From NCBI GenBank assembly GCA_046727755.1, contig JBKPDG010000118.1, positions 1 through 48,774 on the forward strand: a stretch of DNA of 48,774 nt, written 5' to 3'. Numbering within the stretch: position 1 is the stretch's first letter; every line of letters starts with the position of its first letter. This stretch comes from Actinomycetota bacterium (GTDB lineage Bacteria; Actinomycetota; Acidimicrobiia; IMCC26256; JACDBD01). A program made the translations under genes and the position numbers. Below the pieces are notes generated by a model that saw only the letters and a list, made by a program, of their open reading frames with translations, did no database searches and was not told where the DNA came from. Below, one piece after another: positions 1 to 9,409 of the stretch.

Positions 1-320
1 GCCAACGGGGCGGTCAGGGCATCGCCGCGGCGCGCGAGCAGGTGGCCGGGGCCCGGACACGGTCGGCAGCCGGGCGCGCTCCACAGCTCGACCCGACGAG
101 CGCGGAGCTGCTCGGCGCGCTCCGCGAATGGCGACGCAATCTCGCCCGCGCGTCGGGCGTCCCTGCGTATGTGATCTTCAACGACTCGACCCTCGAGGCC
201 GTCGCCCGTAACCGGCCCCGCTCCCGCGGTGACCTGCTGACGATCCCGGGGATCGGGCCGGTGAAGGTCGAACGGCACGGCCAGGCCCTCCTCGAGATGG
301 TCGGGCGCCACCCGGGCTGA
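1..320 (+). CDS. 3' end of a DNA helicase gene: C-terminal HRDC domain (RecQ- or UvrD2-type). The 5' part lies outside the window.
   Basis: The frame is open from the window edge to TGA 318-320. The tail LLGALREWRRNLARASGVPAYVIFNDSTLEAVARNRPRSRGDLLTIPGIGPVKVERHGQALLEMV fits the HRDC pattern (PAYVIF-D-TL ... IPGIG--K). Confidence 0.7.
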   Translation, partial: QRGGQGIAAAREQVAGARTRSAAGRAPQLDPTSAELLGALREWRRNLARASGVPAYVIFNDSTLEAVARNRPRSRGDLLTIPGIGPVKVERHGQALLEMVGRHPG

Positions 321-387
321 GGACCCGTTGACGGGCCGGGCTCGCTCGGCCACCATGCGGGCACGGCACCGGCAGCGGAGTGACGCG

Positions 388-705
388 ATGGCGTGGTCGA
401 GCTTCCCGGTCTTCCCTACCGACGACGGCTGGCCGTACCCGGATCTTCCCCACGGGTTCGACGACCCCGCCGACACCGATGAGGTCGACCTCGACGCCCT
501 CGAGCTGCGCGCCGATCCGCACGCCTTCGAATGCCTCGACCGCACCGAGTACGAGCTCGTTGCCCGGCGGTTCGGATTCAACGGGCCCGCGACGTCGATG
601 AAGGACCTCGCCCACGATCTCGGCTGGTCGCACACCCAGACGCGGGACGTGCTCGGCGGCGCCATCGACAAGCTCCGCACCCGCCTCACCGCCGACGGCG
701 CCTGA
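388..705 (+). CDS. Small acidic protein with a C-terminal sigma-70 region-4-like HTH
   Basis: ATG at 388; the 328 start only adds an Arg-rich leader. The C-terminal half RTEYELVARRFGFNGPATSMKDLAHDLGWSHTQTRDVLGGAIDKLRTRL resembles sigma region 4. Confidence 0.6.
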   Translation: MAWSSFPVFPTDDGWPYPDLPHGFDDPADTDEVDLDALELRADPHAFECLDRTEYELVARRFGFNGPATSMKDLAHDLGWSHTQTRDVLGGAIDKLRTRLTADGA

Positions 706-713
706 CCTTCGGG

Positions 714-1199
714 TCAACATTCGCCCCAGAGCCCGCGGCCGGCACGCTTGGCGTCGAGCTCCCGGCGCAGCATCGTGCGGGCGTAGGTGTGATTGGGCTC
801 GATCACCAGCAGGCGGGCATAGCCGAGCCACAGCAACTCGTCGTTGAACCGCTCGCCGTCGACGACCACGTACGCGAGTCGGCGTCCGTACCGATCGCGT
901 TCCTCGACGTCGGCCTCGAGCCGCACCGACCGTCCGAGCAGCTGCTGGTCCGTGTACGAAGCGGCCTCCGGACCGAAGCACTCGACCGCCTTCGTCGGAT
1001 GGTGCGTCTCCGGGGTGTCAATGCCCAACAGCCGGACCGTGTCGGTCTCGGGGCCGCGGGCGACCTCGATCGTGTCGCCGTCGACGACGCCGACGACGGT
1101 CCATTCGGCGGTAGCGGCGTGACGCGCTTGACCGAGCCGCCAGCCCCCGAGTGAGGCGGCGGCGATGATCGCCACGACCACGACCCGGGAGCGGGTCAT
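714..1199 (-). CDS. Membrane-anchored or secreted thermonuclease (staphylococcal nuclease / SNase family)
   Basis: N-terminal hydrophobic segment VVVVAIIAAASLGGW. SNase motifs DGDTIEV, VRLLGIDTPE, DRYGRRLAYV, LLWLGYA. Confidence 0.85.
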   Translation of the reverse strand: MTRSRVVVVAIIAAASLGGWRLGQARHAATAEWTVVGVVDGDTIEVARGPETDTVRLLGIDTPETHHPTKAVECFGPEAASYTDQQLLGRSVRLEADVEERDRYGRRLAYVVVDGERFNDELLWLGYARLLVIEPNHTYARTMLRRELDAKRAGRGLWGEC

Positions 1200-1282
1200 G
1201 CGGGGATCGTACCGATCGGGTGCGACGGCTACCCCGAAGAGGGTCAGCGATCCGCGGGGAGCCCGCCGGTAGCTTTCCGCTG

Positions 1283-1840
1283 ATGGCTCGTCGGGTCCGG
1301 CGTCTCGCGGTCGTCTTCGTCGTGCTCCTCGTGGTCGGCGTGATCGCGCTCGTCCTCACGACCCGACCAAAGCTCGAGGACCGCCGCGACGACGTCGACC
1401 GCGCTTGGACACCGTTACGGGCTCCGCTCGCCGCGCGCTACGACCGGTTGTCGGCGATGCACGCCGAGGTCGCGGCGGCCGGGGCCGGCGAACGCGACGC
1501 CGCCCGGGCACTACGCCTGCGCCTGGCACGGTGGGGTGAGCTGCGGCGCGCCCGCGACGGCGACGCCGACGCTGCCGCCGAGGCCGAGACCGCCGACCAA
1601 CTCGAGGGCCTCGCGACGCGGCTTGAAGCCGTCGTGTCGAGCTCCGACCGGCTTCGGGCGGTCGACCCCCTTACCCAGGCCATGGCCGCGTTCCAGGGCA
1701 CGGTGCCGCCGCCGGCGGCGGTCACGGCGTACAACCGCGCCGTCCGCGACTACGAGGACGAGCGCAACGGCGTCCTGCGCAGCCCCGTGGCGAACGTGTT
1801 CGGCTACGACTCGCGGCCGCAGCTCGTGCTGCCGTCCTAG
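1283..1840 (+). CDS. LemA-like single-pass membrane protein (weak family call)
   Basis: ATG 1283 is followed by a TM segment LAVVFVVLLVVGVIALVL, then a helical region (DRAWTPLRAPLAARYDRL...) reminiscent of LemA. An alternative upstream GTG lies at 1220. Confidence 0.55.
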   Translation: MARRVRRLAVVFVVLLVVGVIALVLTTRPKLEDRRDDVDRAWTPLRAPLAARYDRLSAMHAEVAAAGAGERDAARALRLRLARWGELRRARDGDADAAAEAETADQLEGLATRLEAVVSSSDRLRAVDPLTQAMAAFQGTVPPPAAVTAYNRAVRDYEDERNGVLRSPVANVFGYDSRPQLVLPS

Positions 1841-1850
1841 AGCGCCCGGA

Positions 1851-4800
1851 TCAGCGCGCGGCGCCGATGACGTTCTGGTTGGCGCGCTCGATCCGGGCCA
1901 CCTCATCGACGGGCGCGACACGCCAGAAGCAGTGCTGCGTCGCTTCCCAATCGTCGAGCATCTCGCCGGCGCGCGCGGATCCCGTCAGATCACGGTGGCG
2001 TTCGAGCAGGAAGCGCAGCTCGGCGGACTGGGGATCGTCGAGCTTCGACGCCTCGACCAGCTGCGGGTTCAGGCGCGCAGCCAACAGCCCGTCCGGGTCG
2101 AACACGAAGGCCTGCCCGCCGGTCATGCCGGCGCCGAGGTTGTAGCCGAACGGTCCGAGGACGACGCACGTGCCGCCGGTCATGTACTCGCACGCGTGGT
2201 CACCCGTGCCCTCGACGATCGCGGTCGCGCCGCTGTTCCGCACCATGAACCGCTCCCCGACCCGGCCGGCGACGAACAACTGGCCGCCCGTCGCCCCGTA
2301 CAGCACCGTGTTCCCGGCGAGGACCGCATCGCCGGCGTCGCCGGCGGGGGGCCGCACCGTGATGCGCCCGCCGCCCATGCCCTTGCCGAGGTAGTCGTTC
2401 GCCTCCCCCAAGAGATCGAGGACGACGCCGTCGGCGAGGAACGCGCCGAAGCTCTGCCCGGCCGAGCCGGTGAGCCGTACCGTGACCGACCCGGGCGGCA
2501 ATCCCTCGCCCCACTCGAGCCCGATCGCACCGCCGAGCGACGCGCCGACCGTGCGGTCGGCGTTGGTGATCTCGTACTCGAGCTCCGCGTCGCCGCCGCC
2601 CCAGAGCGTCGGGAACGCATCGGCGAGGAGCCGCTCGTCGAGCGACGACCGGGGCCGCTGGATCGGCACCGTGGAGACGAAGTGGCGCGGTCCCTCCTCC
2701 GAAGGCGTCACGAGCAAGGACGCCAGGTCGAGGGAGTCAGCCCGCGCGTCGCCCGTCGTCCGCTGTCGGAGCATGTCGACGCGCCCGATCGCGTCATCGA
2801 GGCTGCGCACGCCCAGCGACGCGAGCGTGCGGCGCACCTCCTCGGCGACGAAGATCATGTACGTGGCGACGCCCTCGGGCGTGCCGGCGAACTTCGCCCG
2901 CAGGTTCGGCCGCTGCGTCGCGATGCCCGTCGGGCACGTGTCGCGATGGCAGGCGCGCACCATGATGCAGCCCTCGGCGAGCATGGCCGCTGTGCCGAAC
3001 GAGTACTCGTCGGCGCCCAGGAGCGCAGCCATCACGACGTCGCGGCCCGTCTTGAACCCGCCGTCGACGCGCACGCGCACCCGGTCACGCAGGCGGTTCT
3101 CGATGAGGGCCTGCTGCGTGTCGGCGAGGCCGAGCTCCCACGGCATGCCGGCGTTCTTGATCGACGACAGCGGCGACGCGCCCGTGCCGCCGTTGTTCCC
3201 CGAGATCTGCACCACGTCCGCCAGCGCCTTCACGACGCCGGCCGAGATCGTGCCGACGCCGTCCTCGGCGACGAGCTTCACCGACACGTCGGCGAGCGGG
3301 TTCACCTGCTTGAGGTCGTAGATGAGCTGGGCGAGGTCCTCGATCGAGTAGATGTCGTGGTGCGGCGGCGGCGAGATCAACCCGACGCCCGGCTGCGTGT
3401 GCCGCAAGCGCGCGATCTCGCCGCTCACCTTGTGGCCCGGCAGCTGACCGCCTTCCCCAGGCTTCGAGCCCTGGGCGATCTTGATGTTGAACTCGTCGGC
3501 GAAGGCGCAGTACTCGGGCGTGACCCCGAAGCGGCCCGAAGCGATCTGTTTGATGCGCGAGTTGCGGTCCCGTTCCGTCCCGCGGGTGCGGTAGCGGGCC
3601 GGGTCCTCGCCCCCCTCGCCGCAGTTGCTCTTGGCGCCGATCATGTTCATGGCGATCGCGAGCGTCTCGTGCGCCTCCGCCGACAGCGCGCCGTGCGACA
3701 TCGCACCGGTCGAGAACCGCGCCGTGATCGCCTCGACCGGCTCGACCTCCTCGAGCGGGACCGGCTCGCTGCTAGGCACGAGGTCGAGCAGGTCTCGCAG
3801 CTCGGTCGTCGGGCGCGACTCGACGAGCTCGCGGAACTGCTCGTAGAGGTCCGCCCGCCCGCCCTTGATCGCCCCCTGGAGGAGGTGCGCGGCCCGCAGA
3901 TCGGTCGGGTCGGGCGCCGGCAGCGGCTCGGCGTCCGGCCCCTGGAGCACGATGACCTTGCCCTGGTCCTCGCTCGGGGCAGGCTCGACGCCGGCGAGCC
4001 GTCCGCTGACTTCGCTCGTCTTCTTCTTGGGCTTGCGCTCACCGTTCTCGCCGTCGCCTTCGGGCGTGAGCCCCAGCGAGTCGTGCAGCGCGTCGACCAC
4101 GTCGGGGTTGTTGCCGTGGTACTCGCCGCCGCGCTTGCGGTGGCGGAAGAACCCGGGCTCGTCGAGCGCCGCCTTCTCGCTCGCGAACGCGGCTTCGTGG
4201 CGGCCGAGGACGTCGGCGCCGAGCGTCTCGAAGCCGATGCCGCCGACCTCGGAGACCGTGTGGCGTAGGCACGTCTCGATGACCTCGGGACCGAGCCCGA
4301 TGGCTTCGAAGATCTGGGCGGCGCGGTACCCGTCGACGGTCGAGATGCCCATCTTCGAGAAGATCTTGAGGACGCCGTCCTCCAGCGCCGCCTGCAGCTT
4401 CGCCTGCGCCTCCGACGAATGGAGCTCCCCGAGCTGGTCGTCGTCGGCCATGCTCGCCACCGTCTCGAGCGCGAGGCGTGGGCACACCGCGTCGGCGCCG
4501 AACCCCAGCAGGCATGCGACGCCGTGCACATCGCGCGCGTCGCCCGACGCGACGACGATCGACGTCTGCTGGCGCGTGTGCTCGGCGATGAGCCGGTGGT
4601 GCACTGCGCCCAGTGCGAGCAGCGACGGGATCGGGGCCCGCTCGGCGCCGACACTCCGATCGGAGATCACGAGCAGCCCCGCGCCGCCGGCGACGGCGTC
4701 GGCGGCGGCGTCGGCCAGCGTGCGGATCGCGGGGCCGAGCCCGCCGGGCCCGTCGGTGACCGGGAACGTGGCGCTGAGCCGCACCGCCTTGAACGCGGAG

Positions 4801-6566
4801 CGGGCCGGGTCGAGGAGCGCGTCGACCGCCGACGGGTACAGGAAGAACGAGGGCAGCTCGAGCAGACGGGCTGCGCCGGGCTCCTCGGTGAGCAACGGGC
4901 GGCGCGGTCCGAGGCACGTGCGCAACGACATCACGAGCCGCTCCCGCAAGTGGTCGATCGGAGGGTTGGTGACCTGCGCGAAGCGCTGCTTCAGATAGTT
5001 GAACATCGGACGGGGCTGGGTGGCGACGGCGGCGAAGGGCACGTCGTCGCCCATCGAGAAGGTCGGCTCCTTGGCGTCGGTGGCCATGGGCTTGAGCACC
5101 ATCGCCACCTCTTCTCGGGTGAGACCGAACGCGACCTGCTGCCGCACGAGGTCCTCGGAGGCAGGCGGCATCTCCACCGGCGCCCCGATGTCCGCCGGCA
5201 GCAGACCGTCGCGTGCCCACTGCGAGTACGGCTGCAGCCGCGCCAGCCACGTCTTGACCTCGGTGTCGTCCTGCACGGTGCCCGCGACCGCCGGTTGGTC
5301 GCCGTTACCGGCGGCACGGTCGGGGTCGACGCAGATCATGTCGCCGGGACCGAGGCGGCCGCGGCGCACCGAGCCGTGCCCGGACACCGGCACGGCGCCG
5401 ACCTCCGACGCGCACACGACGAGGCCGTCGTCGCACGCCTGCCACCGCAGCGGACGTAGGCCGTTCCGATCGAGGGCGGCGCCGACGCGCCGGCCGTCGC
5501 TGAAGACGAGCCCGGCGGGCCCGTCCCATGGGTCGGTCAGGCACGCGTGGTAGCGGAAGAAACTGCGCACGCCGCGCGGAAGGTCGCGCTGGCCCTCCCA
5601 CGCCTCGGGCACGAGCATCGCCACGGCGTGACGGACGTCGCGGCCGCCGCGCACGAGCAGCTCGACGGCGGAGTCGAGCTTGCCCGAGTCGGAGTCCTCG
5701 GGATCGAGCACGGGACGGAACAGCTCCTCGGCGCCGAGGCCGGCGTCCTCGGTGCCGAGACGGCCGCGGGCGATCATGCGCAGCTCGTTGCCCCGCACCG
5801 TGTTGATCTCGCCGTTGTGGCACAGGTGCCGAAACGGCTGGGCTCGCTCCCACGCCGGGGTCGTGTTCGTGGAGAACCGGCTGTGGAAGATCGCGAGCGA
5901 CGCCCCGAATTCGTCGTCGGCGAGATCGGGATAAAAGGAGGCGAGCCGGTCGCTCAGGACGAGCGCCTTGTACGTCACGGTGACGAACGAGAAGCTCGCG
6001 AAGTAGTGGCGTACGCGCGCCTCCCGGCACGTGGCCTCCGCCCGCCGGCGGGCACGGTACGCGCGCCGTTCGGCGTCGACGTCGTCGATGCCTTCGGGTC
6101 GCTGCAGGATGCCGTGCCACAGCGCGGGCTGGTCACTTCGCGCTGCCGCGCCAAGATGCGACTCGTCGACCGGCACCGGACGCCACCCGGCGAGCTCGAT
6201 GCCTTCGGCGACGCAAGCGTCGGCGACCGCACGCTGGGCGACGCCCACGGCGTCGTCATCGTCGAGGTCGAGGAACGCGGACACGACGCCCACCCGGCCG
6301 GTGTCGAGCGCGCGCCCGAGCTCCTTGCCGCCGACGCGGGCGAAGAACGGGCGCGGAATCGGGACCAGCAGGCCGGCGCCGTCGCCCGAGATGCCGTCGG
6401 CGGCGATGGCCTGACGGTGGCGCACGCACGCCAGCCCGGTCAGGGCGAGGTCGACGATCTCGCGGCTGGCAGCGCCCGACGCGTGCGCGACGAAGCCGAT
6501 GCCGCAGGCATCGAGCTCAGGGCGTTGGCGGGCGTGCCGGCGCGCCGCGCGATCGAAGTCGGCCAA
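1851..6566 (-). CDS. gltB: Glutamate synthase large subunit
   Basis: 1571 aa. Ntn-amidotransferase start ...LDACGIGFVAHASG, central FMN/Fe-S domain (GEGGEDP, KIAQGSKPGEGGQLPG, ISPPPHHDIYSIEDLAQLI) and C-terminal GXGXG beta-helix domain. Confidence 0.97.
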   Translation of the reverse strand: MADFDRAARRHARQRPELDACGIGFVAHASGAASREIVDLALTGLACVRHRQAIAADGISGDGAGLLVPIPRPFFARVGGKELGRALDTGRVGVVSAFLDLDDDDAVGVAQRAVADACVAEGIELAGWRPVPVDESHLGAAARSDQPALWHGILQRPEGIDDVDAERRAYRARRRAEATCREARVRHYFASFSFVTVTYKALVLSDRLASFYPDLADDEFGASLAIFHSRFSTNTTPAWERAQPFRHLCHNGEINTVRGNELRMIARGRLGTEDAGLGAEELFRPVLDPEDSDSGKLDSAVELLVRGGRDVRHAVAMLVPEAWEGQRDLPRGVRSFFRYHACLTDPWDGPAGLVFSDGRRVGAALDRNGLRPLRWQACDDGLVVCASEVGAVPVSGHGSVRRGRLGPGDMICVDPDRAAGNGDQPAVAGTVQDDTEVKTWLARLQPYSQWARDGLLPADIGAPVEMPPASEDLVRQQVAFGLTREEVAMVLKPMATDAKEPTFSMGDDVPFAAVATQPRPMFNYLKQRFAQVTNPPIDHLRERLVMSLRTCLGPRRPLLTEEPGAARLLELPSFFLYPSAVDALLDPARSAFKAVRLSATFPVTDGPGGLGPAIRTLADAAADAVAGGAGLLVISDRSVGAERAPIPSLLALGAVHHRLIAEHTRQQTSIVVASGDARDVHGVACLLGFGADAVCPRLALETVASMADDDQLGELHSSEAQAKLQAALEDGVLKIFSKMGISTVDGYRAAQIFEAIGLGPEVIETCLRHTVSEVGGIGFETLGADVLGRHEAAFASEKAALDEPGFFRHRKRGGEYHGNNPDVVDALHDSLGLTPEGDGENGERKPKKKTSEVSGRLAGVEPAPSEDQGKVIVLQGPDAEPLPAPDPTDLRAAHLLQGAIKGGRADLYEQFRELVESRPTTELRDLLDLVPSSEPVPLEEVEPVEAITARFSTGAMSHGALSAEAHETLAIAMNMIGAKSNCGEGGEDPARYRTRGTERDRNSRIKQIASGRFGVTPEYCAFADEFNIKIAQGSKPGEGGQLPGHKVSGEIARLRHTQPGVGLISPPPHHDIYSIEDLAQLIYDLKQVNPLADVSVKLVAEDGVGTISAGVVKALADVVQISGNNGGTGASPLSSIKNAGMPWELGLADTQQALIENRLRDRVRVRVDGGFKTGRDVVMAALLGADEYSFGTAAMLAEGCIMVRACHRDTCPTGIATQRPNLRAKFAGTPEGVATYMIFVAEEVRRTLASLGVRSLDDAIGRVDMLRQRTTGDARADSLDLASLLVTPSEEGPRHFVSTVPIQRPRSSLDERLLADAFPTLWGGGDAELEYEITNADRTVGASLGGAIGLEWGEGLPPGSVTVRLTGSAGQSFGAFLADGVVLDLLGEANDYLGKGMGGGRITVRPPAGDAGDAVLAGNTVLYGATGGQLFVAGRVGERFMVRNSGATAIVEGTGDHACEYMTGGTCVVLGPFGYNLGAGMTGGQAFVFDPDGLLAARLNPQLVEASKLDDPQSAELRFLLERHRDLTGSARAGEMLDDWEATQHCFWRVAPVDEVARIERANQNVIGAAR

Positions 6567-6680
6567 CCGAGGGACTCCTCGCTCCCGGGATGGTGCTGTC
6601 GTTTCGTGGATCCAGCAGGAGCGACGACGCTGTCGCGGAAAGGCTCACGATAGCGGACGGACCCCGGCGCGCCCGTCGCT

Positions 6681-7838
6681 TTGGGCGTGCCAGCATGCAG
6701 CGTGCCCGACGCCCAAGGCGGCCGGCCCGCACCGCTCGTCGCCGTGCTCGGCGGCGGCCAGCTGGGCCGGATGCTCGCGCTGGCCGGGATCCCGCTCGGC
6801 CTCGGATTCAGGTTTCTCGACCCCAGCCCGGATGCGACGGCCGGCGCGCTCGGCGTGCTCGTGGTCGGTGGGCTCGGCGACGAGACCGCGCTCACGCACG
6901 TGACGGAGGGCGCGGCAGTCGTGACCTACGAGTGGGAGGGCGTGCCTGGCGCAGCCGCGCGCTTCGTGGCCTCGACCGGCCGGCCCGTCCTGCCGCCGCC
7001 GATCGCGCTCGACGTCGCGCAAGACCGCCTGCAGGAGAAGGAGCTCTGCCGCCGGCTCGCGATCGGGACCCCCGAGTTCGCCGCGGTCGACGACCGTGCC
7101 GATCTCGAACGCGCCGTGAAGGAGCTCGGCCTGCCGGCGGTGCTCAAGACGCGCCGCGGCGGCTACGACGGCAAGGGGCAGGTCGTGGTGCGCGAGCCGC
7201 GCGACGTGGAGCGCGCCTGGTCCGCGCTCGGCGACGTGCCGCTCATCCTCGAAGGCCACGTGCCGTTCGATCGCGAGCTGTCGGTGCTGGCGGTGCGTGG
7301 GCGCGACGGCGCGACCACATGCTGGCCGCTGGTCCAGAACCATCACGACGGCGGAATCCTGCGCCGGAGTCTTGCCCCTGCTCCCGGTCTCACCGTCGGG
7401 CTCCAGACGTCCGGCGAGCGGCTCGCCGGCAAGCTCCTCGACGCGCTCGAGTACGCCGGCGTCCTCGCCGTTGAGCTCTTCGACGTCCATGGGGAGCTGC
7501 TCGTCAACGAGCTCGCGCCGCGCGTGCACAACTCCGGCCACTGGTCGATCGAGGGTGCGGACACGAGCCAATTCGAGAACCACCTGCGGGCGATCCTCGG
7601 TTGGCCGCTCGGGTCGACCGCGACCGTCGGCGTCAGCGCGATGGTCAACTGCGTGGGCGCGCTCCCCGACCGGGAATCGGTGCTGGCGATCCCAGGCGCG
7701 CACCTCCACGACTACGCCAAGGGGCCCCGACCGGGTCGCAAGGTGGGCCACGTCACGATCACCGCCGCCGACGCCGGCGAGCTGCGGGCACGAGTCGCCC
7801 GACTCAGCGGTCTCCCCGGGATGGACGTACCCGCGTGA
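6681..7838 (+). CDS. purK: N5-carboxyaminoimidazole ribonucleotide synthase
   Basis: [15 protein letters not shown]-terminus and an ATP-grasp core ([29 protein letters not shown]). The start is uncertain: TTG 6681, GTG 6687 or GTG 6702. Confidence 0.9.
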   Translation: MGVPACSVPDAQGGRPAPLVAVLGGGQLGRMLALAGIPLGLGFRFLDPSPDATAGALGVLVVGGLGDETALTHVTEGAAVVTYEWEGVPGAAARFVASTGRPVLPPPIALDVAQDRLQEKELCRRLAIGTPEFAAVDDRADLERAVKELGLPAVLKTRRGGYDGKGQVVVREPRDVERAWSALGDVPLILEGHVPFDRELSVLAVRGRDGATTCWPLVQNHHDGGILRRSLAPAPGLTVGLQTSGERLAGKLLDALEYAGVLAVELFDVHGELLVNELAPRVHNSGHWSIEGADTSQFENHLRAILGWPLGSTATVGVSAMVNCVGALPDRESVLAIPGAHLHDYAKGPRPGRKVGHVTITAADAGELRARVARLSGLPGMDVPA

Positions 7839-8779
7839 CGTCCGAGGCGCCGTCTCCGTACGTCCGGTTCACGCGTGACGAATGGGCGCGGCTGCGAGCG
7901 GCCACGCCGCTCACGCTCACCGAAGCGGATCTCGAGCAGCTGCGCGGCATCAACGAGCGGATCGCGCTCGACGAGGTCGCCGACATCTACCTCGCGCTCT
8001 CCCGGCTGCTGAACCTGTACGTCGCCGCGAGCCAGAACCTCCATCGCGTCAGCGACACGTTCCTCGGCAGCCCGGCGGCAAAGGTTCCCTACGTCATCGC
8101 GGTCGCGGGAAGCGTCGCCGTCGGCAAGAGCACGACGGCGCGCATCCTCCAAGCCCTGCTCGCCCGCTGGCCCGACCACCCGCAGGTCGACCTGGTCACG
8201 ACGGACGGCTTCCTGTTCCCGAACCGCGTGCTCGAGGAACGCGGCCTGATGGAGCGCAAGGGCTTCCCCGAGAGCTACGACCTGCGGCGCCTCGTCCGGT
8301 TCCTCGCCGACGTGAAGTCGGGACGACCCGAGGTGAGCGCGCCCGTCTACTCGCACCTGACGTACGACATCGTGCCGGGCGAGGAGCAGGTCGTGCGGCA
8401 ACCCGACATCGTGATCGTCGAGGGCCTGACTGTGCTCCAGACGAGCGACGGTCGCGGGGGCCGCTCCCAGCAGCTGTTCGTGTCGGACTTCTTCGACTTC
8501 TCGCTCTACGTCGACGCCGACGAGTCCGATATCGAGCAGTGGTACCTCGATCGGTTCCTCACGCTTCGCGACACCGCGTTCACCGACGAGCGGTCGTTCT
8601 TCCACCACTTCGCCGCTCTCTCTGAGAACGAGGCGATCGAAGTTGCGCGCGGGATCTGGCGTTCGATCAACGGTGTGAACCTGCACGAGAACATCCTCCC
8701 GACACGGGAGCGGGCGCGGCTCATCCTCGAGAAGGCGCCCGATCACTCCGTCCGGGCGGTCCGGCTCCGCAAGCTCTGA
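7835..8779 (+). CDS. coaA: Type I pantothenate kinase
   Basis: GTG 7835 overlaps the purK TGA (GTGA). P-loop [15 protein letters not shown], then ...TTDGFLFPN...KGFPESYD...YSHLTYD, typical of CoaA. Confidence 0.92.
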   Translation: MTSEAPSPYVRFTRDEWARLRAATPLTLTEADLEQLRGINERIALDEVADIYLALSRLLNLYVAASQNLHRVSDTFLGSPAAKVPYVIAVAGSVAVGKSTTARILQALLARWPDHPQVDLVTTDGFLFPNRVLEERGLMERKGFPESYDLRRLVRFLADVKSGRPEVSAPVYSHLTYDIVPGEEQVVRQPDIVIVEGLTVLQTSDGRGGRSQQLFVSDFFDFSLYVDADESDIEQWYLDRFLTLRDTAFTDERSFFHHFAALSENEAIEVARGIWRSINGVNLHENILPTRERARLILEKAPDHSVRAVRLRKL

Positions 8780-8797
8780 GCCCACGTCAGCGGCCGA

Positions 8798-9409
8798 ATG
8801 AGAAATCCGGTGTCCGCGCGTAGGAGATCGGCCGCCCGGAGCGATGATGGGGGCGTGAGCGAATGGCCCGAGGCGGCCGTGAGCGAGGGGTCCGGAACCG
8901 GCGAGCCCGATCGGGCCGCGTTCCTCGCCTTCTACCAAGAGGCGGTGCCCGAGGTGTACGGGTACTTCCTGCACCGCTGTGGCGACTCCGTGACCGCCGA
9001 GGACCTGACCTCGGAGACGTTTCTCGCCGCGGTACGCAACCTCGAGGACGGCCGGCCCGCCCCGCTCGACGTCCCCTGGGTGATCGGCGTCGCCCGCCAC
9101 AAGCTCGCCGACCACTGGCGCCGCCGCGCCCGGGACGACCGGCTGCGTGATGCGCTCGAGCAGGATCCGGCTCCCGACGACGACCCCTGGGACGTGCGTC
9201 TCGATCAGATGCGCGCCAACGACGTGCTCGCCGCGCTCGGCCCGCACCACCGGCTGGCGCTCACGCTGCGCTACGTCGACGGGCTTCCCGTCGCCGAGGT
9301 CGCCGAGCTTCTCGGTCGCACACGCAACGCCACCGAGTCGTTGCTGGTGCGGGCGCGGGCGGCGTACCGCCGCGTCTACCTGGAAGGAGAGGGAGGCGGT
9401 CATGACTGA
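8798..9409 (+). CDS. ECF-type RNA polymerase sigma factor (sigma-70 regions 2 and 4)
   Basis: Region 2: FYQEAVPEVYGYFLHRCGDSVTAEDLTSETFLAAV...IGVARHKLADHWRR. Region 4: LALTLRYVDGLPVAEVAELLGRTRNATESLLVRARAAYR. An alternative GTG start lies at 8855. Confidence 0.85.
   Translation: MRNPVSARRRSAARSDDGGVSEWPEAAVSEGSGTGEPDRAAFLAFYQEAVPEVYGYFLHRCGDSVTAEDLTSETFLAAVRNLEDGRPAPLDVPWVIGVARHKLADHWRRRARDDRLRDALEQDPAPDDDPWDVRLDQMRANDVLAALGPHHRLALTLRYVDGLPVAEVAELLGRTRNATESLLVRARAAYRRVYLEGEGGGHD

Noticed and set aside
328-387. Upstream ATG (328) for the small HTH protein, and similar long Arg-rich N-terminal extensions on the track ORFs beginning at 9147, 9953, 13257, 16000, 27231, 27953, 30575, 32936 (-), 38361 (-) and 38842
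   Set aside because: The extensions overlap the preceding gene or consist of R/P/A-rich low-complexity sequence. Internal starts with an RBS or a start-stop overlap give proteins that begin where family homology begins.
702-717. Third, degenerate copy of the operator (CTGACCttcgGGTCAA)
   Set aside because: Only the 5-bp cores match. It lies between two convergent stop codons and not in a promoter. A short terminator-like hairpin or coincidence is more likely.
1536-4268. 910-codon ORF on the plus strand, the largest plus-strand ORF on the track
   Set aside because: It lies entirely antisense to gltB. The translation is Arg/Ala/Pro/Gly-rich with no motif. This is the classic long antisense ORF of very GC-rich DNA, whereas the minus-strand frame is an unmistakable GltB.
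6567-6680. GlnR/AmtR-type nitrogen box in the gltB-purK divergent region
   Set aside because: I looked for GTnAC-N6-GAAAC-like boxes. A GAAAC is present on the minus strand, but there is no correctly spaced partner, so there is not enough evidence.
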